Position numbers and translations under genes: made by a program
Shown here: positions 9,270-16,415 of the stretch, piece after piece
How the letters are laid out: the number at the start of each line of letters is the position of its first letter
How positions within the stretch are numbered: the first letter of the stretch is position 1
DNA from: a virus
Taxonomy: Duplodnaviria; Caudoviricetes
DNA length: 29,571 bases
Virus record (IMG/VR): IMGVR_UViG_3300044733_002667
Span: 1-29,571 of that record
Direction: 5' to 3' (one strand)
The notes under the pieces: model-generated
Told to the model about the DNA's origin: nothing
The model's input: only the letters and a program-made list of their open reading frames with translations
Database searches by the model: none

Positions 9270-9910
9270 CCCTCCACCTCAACTACACCACCCCACCCGC
9301 TGCCGCTGGTGCACCGCGCCTCATCGGCAACACCGCCTCTGGCATCATCGCGGTCCCGGTCCTCGGCGGCATCACCACCGATGAGGACACGGACTACACC
9401 CTCATCCAGGCCGACCAGCCCTCAACCTTTGAGGCTGCTGCCAAGCTGGCTGAGGCCTGGCACGTTGAGCACGGCATCACCCGCGCCGAGGGCTACGCCA
9501 TCATCCAAGCCCACCTCGCTGGCGTCGTGCAGGAACCTGCGGCCCTTGAGATCGCCCTGGCCCATGCGCAGCAGCTGGAGACCATCAAGCGCGATTGGCT
9601 CCGGGAGTTCCAGACCCAACGTCTCGCGGCAGTCCTGACCCTCCTGCGCCACCGTTGCGGACAGGCCGCTGCCACCCTCGATGATGTGCGCCGCCAGCCG
9701 CGGGTGCTCATCGATGGCCTCTATGCCCTCTGGCAGGACGAACAGGTCGTCAAGGCTGACCCGCCGGAACCCATGACGGAGGACGTGCTAAAAAAGCCGC
9801 CGGAGGATCCAGACGGGGCAAGCCAACCCGCACCTGGGCCTCCACCTTCTGGGAGCTCGCCCACCACTACCCCGGACAGTTCCACCGCCAAACGTTCGGC
9901 CAAGAGCTGA
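9266..9910 (+). CDS. Putative tail assembly chaperone (lambda gpG-like, zero-frame product)
   Basis: 214 aa. Carries an in-frame CTA-AAA-AAG slippery site followed by a low-complexity Pro/Ser tail. Confidence 0.65.
   Translation: MTLHLNYTTPPAAAGAPRLIGNTASGIIAVPVLGGITTDEDTDYTLIQADQPSTFEAAAKLAEAWHVEHGITRAEGYAIIQAHLAGVVQEPAALEIALAHAQQLETIKRDWLREFQTQRLAAVLTLLRHRCGQAAATLDDVRRQPRVLIDGLYALWQDEQVVKADPPEPMTEDVLKKPPEDPDGASQPAPGPPPSGSSPTTTPDSSTAKRSAKS
9790..9796 (+). other. Programmed -1 ribosomal frameshift slippery heptamer A_AAA_AAG
   Basis: Correctly phased in the 9266 ORF. The -1 frame is open from 9790 through 10443. Confidence 0.8.
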
Positions 9911-10443
9911 CCTGGATCGTCCGGGATGCCCTGCGGGCAATGCGAACCCAGCAGCGGGAAGCTGCGGCACGGGCAGAACGGCCCATTGCCCAGCTCACCG
10001 CCTTGTTGTTCAACATCAACCGCGGCAAGGATGCCAAGGTGCTGACCGAGCGCGACTGGTGGATCTATGGCACCCTCGACCCTGAGGTGTCCGGCGATTC
10101 GCTCAGCCCTGCCGTCGTCGCCGTCATGCTGGCCCTACGTGCTGAGCGCAAGCTGCCCGACCAGCTGCTGGCCGCCTGGCACCTCGCACAAGCCCAGGCC
10201 GACACCGCAGGCCGCCCACCCGACTGCCGGGCCTTGCGGTCCGACTGTGGGCGGTTCTGGGTGCTGGCGCCAACATGGGAGGGCGGCAACATCCGCGGCG
10301 GCCTCGTCGGTTGCCATGGCCTCAACGCTGGCACCATCACAGTCCGCGACCTAGACCGGCAGCTGCTGACCTGGACCGTCAAGATCCCGCAGCGAAGCCA
10401 TGGCGGCTGGATCGAGGCGGATCTACTCCTGGCGGGAACCTAG
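9790..10443 (+). CDS. C-terminal part of the frameshift fusion (gpGT-like, about 392 aa in total)
   Basis: The -1 frame reads KKAAGGSRRGKPTRTWASTFWELAHHYPGQFHRQTFGQELTWIVRDALRA and continues without a stop into the 9940-10443 ORF (MRTQQREAA...). Confidence 0.72.
   Translation, partial: KKAAGGSRRGKPTRTWASTFWELAHHYPGQFHRQTFGQELTWIVRDALRAMRTQQREAAARAERPIAQLTALLFNINRGKDAKVLTERDWWIYGTLDPEVSGDSLSPAVVAVMLALRAERKLPDQLLAAWHLAQAQADTAGRPPDCRALRSDCGRFWVLAPTWEGGNIRGGLVGCHGLNAGTITVRDLDRQLLTWTVKIPQRSHGGWIEADLLLAGT
10434..10443 (+). promoter_or_regulatory. GGCAAnCTAG motif copy 4 (variant)
   Basis: GGGAACCTAG-GCC-ATG before the 10447 ORF. Confidence 0.55.
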
Positions 10444-10446
10444 GCC

Positions 10447-10833
10447 ATGACCACAACCGTCCGACAGCTGCGCGATCGCGTCGAAGGCGTCCTACGGGAT
10501 GACCTGGGCCGCTACCGCCTCCAGAACGGCACCCTCACCCCTGCGATCGCCGTACGGGCTGAAGGGGAGGGCCGACCGTCGGGAACCACCGTCGAGGGCC
10601 TGGAGGTCGTCATCTACCGCGAACCGGTGCCCGAGGCAGTGCCGGGCTACCGCAACCAGCAGGCCCGTAAGGTCTGGCAGGTCTATCTGGTCGACTGGTC
10701 GGGTCGTACACCGCTCATGGTGCTAACCGATCGTCTGCTGCTCGAGTTCCCCGGCATGATCGTCACCAATCTCGGCGTCTCCGAAAACGTCGGCCCGTCC
10801 AATCAGGTCCTCTGTGAAGTCGAGGCAAGCTAG
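10447..10833 (+). CDS. Hypothetical protein, possible tail terminator/completion protein
   Basis: 128 aa alpha/beta pattern in the morphogenesis module. Function is a guess. Confidence 0.55.
   Translation: MTTTVRQLRDRVEGVLRDDLGRYRLQNGTLTPAIAVRAEGEGRPSGTTVEGLEVVIYREPVPEAVPGYRNQQARKVWQVYLVDWSGRTPLMVLTDRLLLEFPGMIVTNLGVSENVGPSNQVLCEVEAS
10824..10833 (+). promoter_or_regulatory. GGCAAnCTAG motif copy 5
   Basis: GGCAAGCTAGGCCATG, a 16-mer identical to positions 11-26. Confidence 0.65.
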
Positions 10834-10836
10834 GCC

Positions 10837-11208
10837 ATGCTCCCCACCTGGACCACCCTCGACATCCCGGTCAAGCGCCGCGGTGATACGGTCGTCGCCA
10901 TCACGATCAAGAACACAGCAGGCGCCACGGTGGACCTGTCAACCTATGCAGGCCGGATCTACTGCGCCGTGTGGAGCCTCAACCCAGACCGCAGCCGTAA
11001 CACCAAGCTCGGTGATGCCGTCATCACTGAAGTCAGCCTCGCGGTCGGGCGGTTCAACATCACTTTCCCCCGGGCGATTACTGCCGTCATCGACCTGGCC
11101 CGTGGTGCTGGTTATGACGTGAAGTTCGACGAGCCAAGCGGCGGCCTCGACATCTACCACCTTGACGGGCGACTGCTGCCCACTGAAGGTTTCACGGAGG
11201 TTCCCTAA
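10837..11208 (+). CDS. Ig-like / BppU-N-like tail adaptor protein
   Basis: 123 aa with 'RRGDT..ITIKN..G..VDLS.Y' and 'GYDV...Y.L.G', a pattern typical of small beta-sandwich baseplate adaptors. Confidence 0.55.
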   Translation: MLPTWTTLDIPVKRRGDTVVAITIKNTAGATVDLSTYAGRIYCAVWSLNPDRSRNTKLGDAVITEVSLAVGRFNITFPRAITAVIDLARGAGYDVKFDEPSGGLDIYHLDGRLLPTEGFTEVP

Positions 11209-11843
11209 TGGCTGATTACGTCGTTGAAGTCACGACCGGCGCCACTGACCTGGCAGTCGGCACCCGCACCACGACCACGATGGTCGTCACCAGCTCCAGT
11301 GGTGTCGACGTGACCCTGCCGCAGGCCACGACCACACAGGCCGGCCTGCTGAACGCTACGGGCAAGACCCGCCTCGACCAGCTCGATGCCGACGACTCAC
11401 CGACCTTCGCTGGCCTCACCGTCACCGGTATCGCAACCGTCGATGAGGTGCACGGTGAGCTCACCGGGTCGGTCTTTGTCCATGTCCGCAACGACGACAG
11501 CATCACCCTGGCCAAGGGCACTCCCGTCTACTGCGTCGGCAACGTCGGCAACACAGACCGCATGCTGGTCCGTCGTGCCAATGCCGCCAGCCTTGCCACC
11601 ATGCCCGCTGTTGGTCTCATCGGCGACAGCCTGCCCGCCGGTCAGGATGGCCACATCATCACCCACGGCAAGCTCAACGACGTGCCGACCAATACCTACA
11701 CCATCAATGCCACCCTCTACGTCGCTTCGGGTGGTGGCCTCACCGCAACGGCACCGGCCAATCGTCAACCCATGGGCGTCGTCGCTCGCGTCAACTCCAG
11801 CACCGGCATGATTCTCGTCATGGGTCCCGGCGCTGTCCTCTGA
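11208..11843 (+). CDS. Putative fibre/decoration structural protein
   Basis: 211 aa, Thr/Gly-rich; 'TLPQATTTQAGLL' and 'TLAKGTPVY...MPAVG...LYVASGGGLTATAP' are motifs seen in phage fibre proteins. Confidence 0.6.
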   Translation: MADYVVEVTTGATDLAVGTRTTTTMVVTSSSGVDVTLPQATTTQAGLLNATGKTRLDQLDADDSPTFAGLTVTGIATVDEVHGELTGSVFVHVRNDDSITLAKGTPVYCVGNVGNTDRMLVRRANAASLATMPAVGLIGDSLPAGQDGHIITHGKLNDVPTNTYTINATLYVASGGGLTATAPANRQPMGVVARVNSSTGMILVMGPGAVL

Positions 11844-11853
11844 GGCAAGCTAG
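11844..11853 (+). promoter_or_regulatory. GGCAAnCTAG motif copy 6
   Basis: GGCAAGCTAG, fully intergenic after the TGA at 11843, in front of the lysis genes. Confidence 0.65.
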
Positions 11854-11877
11854 CCCGAGGATGCAGCACCGAGACAA

Positions 11878-12135
11878 ATGACCGGCAATGACAATCGGAG
11901 GCCCCTCCTCGATTGGCGCGAGATCATCGCAACCTCCGCCTCATGGCTGGTCATCGGTGCCATCTGTGGTGTCGGTTGGCTCTCGTGGACCGTGCCGCGA
12001 CAACTGGATCGGATCCTGCACAATCAGCAGCAGCTAGTCGAAAAAACCGAAGACTTCGACAGCCGCATCACCAAGATCGAGGCCAGTGACAGGATTCAGG
12101 ACACCCGCCTGACCCGCATGGAATCCGTCCGCTGA
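11878..12135 (+). CDS. Membrane protein with C-terminal coiled coil (holin/lysis accessory candidate)
   Basis: One hydrophobic helix (IIATSASWLVIGAICGVGWLSW) followed by a heptad-like tail; lies upstream of the endolysin. Confidence 0.6.
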   Translation: MTGNDNRRPLLDWREIIATSASWLVIGAICGVGWLSWTVPRQLDRILHNQQQLVEKTEDFDSRITKIEASDRIQDTRLTRMESVR

Positions 12136-12335
12136 TGGCCCTGTTCCTGCGCCTCCTTTGCATCGTCTGGGGTACGGCCCTGGGTCTTGCCGTTGCACAG
12201 GTCAGCGTCTGCGAGATTCGCGCCGGCAGCCGGTCGCAGCAGTGCCAGCAGGAATGGCAACTCACGACTGCCACCGTCCTTGGTCTCGGCTCTCAACTGT
12301 TTTCCCTATTCCAACAACCGCCCCACCAGCTATGA
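12135..12335 (+). CDS. Small two-helix membrane protein (holin candidate)
   Basis: 66 aa, two hydrophobic stretches around a Cys-x10-Cys loop; coupled to the endolysin by ATGA. Confidence 0.55.
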   Translation: MALFLRLLCIVWGTALGLAVAQVSVCEIRAGSRSQQCQQEWQLTTATVLGLGSQLFSLFQQPPHQL

Positions 12336-13492
12336 CCGGCAAACTGATCGATGCTGCACGCTTCACCGGCAATCCACCCGAACCCCATCAGGCCGCGGCA
12401 TGGAACTGGCTTGATGAAGGGCTGACACCAGAGGCGCGGGAACGCTTCTTCGAGATGTTCCGTGCTGGCCCACCACCGAAGGCACCGGACAATCCTGCGG
12501 TCAAGCTGGCCTTGCCGTTGATTCAAGAGTTCGAGGGGTGCCGGCTGGAGGCCTACCCCGATCCTGAGACCGGCGGTGAGCCGTGGACCATCGGCTGGGG
12601 TGCCACCACCCACTTCGACGGGTCCAAGGTCAAGGCTGGCGACACCATCACCCAGGCGGTCGCGGACCAGATGCTCGACAGCCACGTCCGGGACGTGCTG
12701 GAGCCTCGGCTGAGCCGCTCGATCCCGACCTGGCGCAAGCTCTCAGCACGCCAGCAGGCGGCCATCCTGAGCTTCGCTTACAACGTCGGTGCCGGATTCT
12801 ATGGCGCCTCAGGCTTTGACTCCATCACCAAGGCCCTACGCGACGGCAACTGGCCCGCGGTGCCGGCTGTTCTGCGGCTCTACGTCAACCCTGGCGGCCC
12901 CTCAGAGGCTGGCCTGCGCCGTCGTCGTGATGCTGAGGCCAAGCTCTGGGGCGAGGCCGTACAGGCGGCGTCGGTGCGCCTGAAAGTGCCGTACTTCTCG
13001 CAGAACGACAATGCCTCCGGCACCGGCTACCGCGAGTGTTTCAGCTCATCGTGCGCCATGGTCGCCGCCTTTTACGGCAAGGTCACGTCCGATGACGCCT
13101 ACAACGTCATCCGGTCGAAGTTCGGTGATACCACCGACGCACAGGCCCAGCTGGCAGCCCTGCGGTCCCTTGGCCTCGAGGCCACCCTGCGGACCAACTG
13201 CGGCCCGGACCTGCTCGAAGCTGAACTGCGTGCCGGTCGGCCGGTGCCTGTCGGCTGGTTGCACCATGGCTCTGCCACGTCCCCATCCGGTGGTGGCCAT
13301 TGGACGGTCGCGATCGGCTTTGATGCCGATGCCTTCTACCACAACGACCCCAACGGTGAAGCCAACCTCGTCAGCGGCGGCTATGTCTCCAATGCCAATG
13401 GCGCCGGGATCCGCTACAGCCGCCGGAACTGGCTGCCTCGCTGGATGCCCGACGGCTCAGCTACCGGCTGGGCATTGCTGGTCCGGGCGTGA
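12332..13492 (+). CDS. Endolysin: GH24 phage lysozyme + C39-like cysteine peptidase
   Basis: Start revised to ATG 12332. Lysozyme motifs FEGCRLEAYPD..WTIGWGAT, SFAYNVG, GLRRRR. Peptidase motifs VPYFSQND..ECFSSSCAM, GGGHW, NDP. Confidence 0.9.
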   Translation: MTGKLIDAARFTGNPPEPHQAAAWNWLDEGLTPEARERFFEMFRAGPPPKAPDNPAVKLALPLIQEFEGCRLEAYPDPETGGEPWTIGWGATTHFDGSKVKAGDTITQAVADQMLDSHVRDVLEPRLSRSIPTWRKLSARQQAAILSFAYNVGAGFYGASGFDSITKALRDGNWPAVPAVLRLYVNPGGPSEAGLRRRRDAEAKLWGEAVQAASVRLKVPYFSQNDNASGTGYRECFSSSCAMVAAFYGKVTSDDAYNVIRSKFGDTTDAQAQLAALRSLGLEATLRTNCGPDLLEAELRAGRPVPVGWLHHGSATSPSGGGHWTVAIGFDADAFYHNDPNGEANLVSGGYVSNANGAGIRYSRRNWLPRWMPDGSATGWALLVRA

Positions 13493-13636
13493 CCGGGCCT
13501 GCAGCCAGACCATCACCTGCCATCGCTGGTGGTGCTGCCAGCACTGCCCGTCATAACAACCCAGCCACATCGGTCCATCATCAGTCTCAACCTGTTGCAA
13601 TGTCGGCAACCTAGGGCAACCTTCAGGCGTGCACAT
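13457..13636 (-). CDS. Small hypothetical protein (59 aa), not in the ORF track
   Basis: MCTPEGCPRLPTLQQVETDDGPMWLGCYDGQCWQHHQRWQVMVWLQARSRPDQQCPAGS*; fills the otherwise empty gap after the endolysin. The true start may be internal. Confidence 0.45.
   Translation of the reverse strand: MCTPEGCPRLPTLQQVETDDGPMWLGCYDGQCWQHHQRWQVMVWLQARSRPDQQCPAGS
13605..13614 (+). promoter_or_regulatory. GGCAAnCTAG motif copy 7, followed by a partial tandem copy GGCAACCT
   Basis: GGCAACCTAG-GGCAACCTTC upstream of the 13635 ORF. Confidence 0.6.
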
Positions 13637-13814
13637 GAAACCCCTTGTGTATCGTGTGGAAGATCAGTTCATCGCCGAAGGTCATAAGCGTTGCCTCCGA
13701 GAAATGCACGACCGCGGCGACTTCAACGGCGTCTTAGAATATGCCGTCCTGCTGGCTGATCAGGACGCTACGTCGCGCTCAAAGATTGCGTGGTTGATGC
13801 AAGAAGTCTTTTGA
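13635..13814 (+). CDS. Small hypothetical protein
   Basis: MKPLVYRVEDQF...IAWLMQEVF (alternative GTG at 13629); preceded by a motif copy; overlaps the end of the convergent sigma gene. Confidence 0.6.
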   Translation: MKPLVYRVEDQFIAEGHKRCLREMHDRGDFNGVLEYAVLLADQDATSRSKIAWLMQEVF

Positions 13815-14610
13815 GCTTTACAATCCCACCCCTGATTCGCCTTTCGGCCTTGAATTGCGTCACGTCATGCTCCCTGACATACTCTCGGATCGACATCGCA
13901 TCGTGATCAGTGCAGATTCCATAGGTTGCCCGTATCGCATGAGCCTCTTCTGGCTCCAACGCATCCAACGCATCATGCACCCTCCCGCATAGCTCCATGG
14001 CCTCGGCATAGTCCGACGGGTCAGCGTCGCCCTGCAGCACGCTCCCTAGGTCCAGGTCGTCGCTGTCGCCGATCACCTTGTCGAGGCTCACCGGCCCGAT
14101 GCTGGCGCTGATGTATCCCAGCACCTCGTCGTAGTCCAGTCCCAACGCATCGACAGCATCCCGTAGCGTCGGCTGCTGCTGGCTATTGCGGGCCATCCAT
14201 GTCGACACCTGCGACAGCAACCGCTGAGGTCTGGTCTTCAGCCTGATCGCACCGTCCTGATACATCAGCTCTCGATTGATCGCCTGCTGAATCCACCAGT
14301 AGGCATACGTCGAGAACTTATAGCCGCGCTCAGGATCCCAACCGCTGACGGCACGACTCAGGCCGAAGACACCAGCCTGGAACAGATCCTCAATCGTCAG
14401 CATCTGCGGCCGGCGACGATGAAAGATGGTGCTTGCAATCTTGGCAACCAGTCGCAAATTGCACAGCATCATCCGCTCGTGCGCACGCTTCGACCCCTTG
14501 GCAATCTTGCGGGCCAGTAGGATCTCCTCCTCTGCCGTCAGCAGCTTATAGCGCTTCACGGCATCCATGAAGGTCTGATAGCCGTGGGAAATGTGGACGG
14601 TGGTGGTCAT
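13768..14610 (-). CDS. Phage-encoded RNA polymerase sigma70-family factor (RpoD/RpoS-like), copy A
   Basis: Region 1.2 LLTAEEEILLARKI; region 2 NLRLVAKIA..EDLFQAG..WDPERGYKFSTYAYWWIQQAI; region 3.2 PVSLDK; diverged region 4. Confidence 0.93.
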   Translation of the reverse strand: MTTTVHISHGYQTFMDAVKRYKLLTAEEEILLARKIAKGSKRAHERMMLCNLRLVAKIASTIFHRRRPQMLTIEDLFQAGVFGLSRAVSGWDPERGYKFSTYAYWWIQQAINRELMYQDGAIRLKTRPQRLLSQVSTWMARNSQQQPTLRDAVDALGLDYDEVLGYISASIGPVSLDKVIGDSDDLDLGSVLQGDADPSDYAEAMELCGRVHDALDALEPEEAHAIRATYGICTDHDAMSIREYVREHDVTQFKAERRIRGGIVKLKRLLASTTQSLSAT

Positions 14611-15458
14611 TGGATGGCAGGGTCAACGTTGATCATTCGCTCCAGTTGAGATATAGCGCGGTCGTGGATCTGTTTCACTGCCTGTCGGCTCCGGTTGGTT
14701 TCGCGGGCGATGGCGGTCATCGGTTGCGGTTCTGTGTTGAACCCATAGACCCGCTCGATGATGTCGCGCTGTAGGTCCCTGAGCCGCAGGACATGCACCT
14801 GTACCAGTTCGGTGCCGATCTCATCAGCGACCAGATCCAGCGGCAACGGGCCACCATCAGCGATCGTCTCATGCAGGTTGAGGTCCGGGCAGTCGCGCAC
14901 CGGGCCGTCGAGTGATGCCAGGGGGCGGGTGACGGATAGTGCTGCCTCGATCAGTTCCGGCGGTGTCGTGCGGCCCTGCAATGCTGCCGCCATCGCATCC
15001 TCTGGACTCATGCCAGCACTGGTCAGGCTGCCGATCTTGGCCTTCATGGTGTGCAGGTTGGCCGGGATCCGGATCGGATCATCTGCCATCCAGATCTCAC
15101 GATCCACAGACTGCCGGATCCACAGGGTCGCGTAGGTCACGAACCGACAGCCGTGCTCCGGCTTGAACAGTTCCGCGGCACGTGTCAGTCCAATCGTGGC
15201 AGCCTGCAGCAGGTCCTCACGGTCGAGGGTCTTGCAGCACCGCAGATGGCGGCTGATGAACCGATAGGCAAAGCGCAGGTTATGAACGACCAGTTGATCC
15301 CTAGCGCGGATGCCACGACGCCAGGTGCGGCGATCGGCGGCGGTGGTGGGTTCTGTGTCGCGGATGGCCATCCAGGCCTGCACCTGCCGGCCTAGGGCGA
15401 TCTCCTGATCTCGATGCAGCAGCGGCACCCGCAGCGCCGCGGTGATGAGGTTGGCCAT
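14607..15458 (-). CDS. Phage-encoded sigma70-family factor (cyanobacterial group-2-like), copy B
   Basis: PLLHRDQEIALGRQVQAW..GIRARDQLVVHNLR..EDLLQAATIGLTRAAELFKPEHGCRFVTYATLWIRQSV; SLDGP; region 4 HTH MTAIARETNRSRQAVKQI. Confidence 0.92.
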   Translation of the reverse strand: MANLITAALRVPLLHRDQEIALGRQVQAWMAIRDTEPTTAADRRTWRRGIRARDQLVVHNLRFAYRFISRHLRCCKTLDREDLLQAATIGLTRAAELFKPEHGCRFVTYATLWIRQSVDREIWMADDPIRIPANLHTMKAKIGSLTSAGMSPEDAMAAALQGRTTPPELIEAALSVTRPLASLDGPVRDCPDLNLHETIADGGPLPLDLVADEIGTELVQVHVLRLRDLQRDIIERVYGFNTEPQPMTAIARETNRSRQAVKQIHDRAISQLERMINVDPAIQ

Positions 15459-15461
15459 GGC

Positions 15462-15650
15462 TCAGGCAAGGGCGCGGCGGACGGCGTAGCGGGTGATGCC
15501 GAGGCGGTCAGCAATCGCCTGCTGGCTCATGCCATTAGCACGCCAGCGGCGAATCCGCTGCTCCCTGGACTCCGTCGCCCACAGCAGGATCAGCACAGGG
15601 ATGGTGAGGATGGCCAGCAGCGTCGCTGCAAGGCAAAGGGTGGCGGTCAT
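15462..15650 (-). CDS. Membrane-anchored HTH protein (62 aa)
   Basis: Start revised to ATG 15650. Hydrophobic N-terminus, then GMSQQAIADRLGITRYAVRRALA HTH. Confidence 0.75.
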   Translation of the reverse strand: MTATLCLAATLLAILTIPVLILLWATESREQRIRRWRANGMSQQAIADRLGITRYAVRRALA

Positions 15651-15690
15651 TGGTGAATGGTGGTGGCGGGGCGTCGTGCCCCATGACTTG

Positions 15691-15719
15691 ATCGTAACAC
15701 TGGGTCCCACCGTTGCCAA
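15691..15719 (-). promoter_or_regulatory. Host sigma70-type promoter driving the HTH and both sigma genes
   Basis: TTGGCA-17 bp-TACGAT with extended TGn, followed by a GGGGC/GCCCC hairpin (15668-15682) and a CCA-rich leader. Confidence 0.7.
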
Positions 15720-15760
15720 GGGGAGGGCGCAACAGTCCGTCACGCCCCCCCCCGCTGGCC

Positions 15761-16360
15761 TCAGATGATGACGAAATCAGCCGCCGAGGTGGCACCAGCG
15801 AAGCCCTGCAGAGTGCAGATCAGCTGCGCCTTCTCAGCCCCGATACCGTCCCGGTCGAAGTAGATCGCCTGGGCCGTCCCCTGGCTGCCGTAGCGCAGGA
15901 ACGTCGGCCCGGCGCCAGTCGCCTGCCGGTTCAGCTCGTAACCCACGGCAGTCCCAGCCGCCAGGCCGAAGGCTGCGCCGTTGATGGCGATCCGATCGAT
16001 CCCGGCCCGGAAGTCGGTGACGAAGTCAGCGTGGGCCTGACCGGCATGGCTGAAGCGGAACACGTCCGCACCGCCGCCGCCGGTCAGCTCGTCCATGCCG
16101 GCGCCACCGTCGAGGAGGTTGTTGCGCTGGTTGCCGCCGATCCTGTTGGCCCCAGCGTTGCCGATGCCCACATCAGCGCCGGAGCCCAGCACGAGGCTGC
16201 CGATTCCGTCCTGCAGCTGGTACGACGCCAGGGTGGAGAGCACCTGGTCCTGACTGTTGCCGCCGACGATGATGTCCCCGGCGTGGTTGACGTAGAACTG
16301 ATCAGCCTGCGCGGTGCCGGTCAGGATGTCGGCTTTCAGGGTGCCTTTGATGATGGCCAT
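15761..16360 (-). CDS. Small RTX / hemolysin-type calcium-binding repeat protein
   Basis: GGxGxDxL nonapeptides (LDGGAGMDELTGGGGADVFRF), serralysin-C-like 'DFVTDFRAGIDRI', C-terminus ADFVII. Confidence 0.88.
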   Translation of the reverse strand: MAIIKGTLKADILTGTAQADQFYVNHAGDIIVGGNSQDQVLSTLASYQLQDGIGSLVLGSGADVGIGNAGANRIGGNQRNNLLDGGAGMDELTGGGGADVFRFSHAGQAHADFVTDFRAGIDRIAINGAAFGLAAGTAVGYELNRQATGAGPTFLRYGSQGTAQAIYFDRDGIGAEKAQLICTLQGFAGATSAADFVII

Positions 16361-16384
16361 TGATGGGAGTGCGTGTGGATGGTC

Positions 16385-16413
16385 GCCGGATTGGGTGCGG
16401 CTCCGGCGGGCCG
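16385..16413 (-). promoter_or_regulatory. Conserved intergenic hairpin element, copy 1
   Basis: Minus strand reads CGGCCC-GCCGGA-GCCGCACCCAA-TCCGGC, between the GIY-YIG stop and the RTX start. Confidence 0.55.
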
Positions 16414-16415
16414 CG

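Noticed and set aside
10472-10550. HIP1 octamer GCGATCGC (two copies)
   Set aside because: Too few copies noticed to claim enrichment without counting.
12158-12331. N-terminal extensions given by the ORF track (also 21670-21807, 25555-25677, 25847-25921, 28079-28132, 15651-15743)
   Set aside because: They overlap neighbouring genes, promoters or iterons. Downstream starts fit translational coupling and domain boundaries better.
13921-13930. ATAGGTTGCC (minus-strand GGCAACCTAT), identical to positions 1-10
   Set aside because: Lies inside the sigma A coding region, about 285 nt from the next start. It could be chance, so it is not counted as a motif copy.
15721-15751. GC hairpin after the RTX gene as an intrinsic terminator
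   Set aside because: The stem is plausible but the loop is long and there is no U-tract, so it is not called.
15713-16363. 216-aa + strand ORF, and similar long ORFs such as 19443-20234 (+), 4195-4986 (-) and 24174-24752 (+)
   Set aside because: Antisense shadows of well-supported genes, expected in high-GC DNA; no recognisable motifs.
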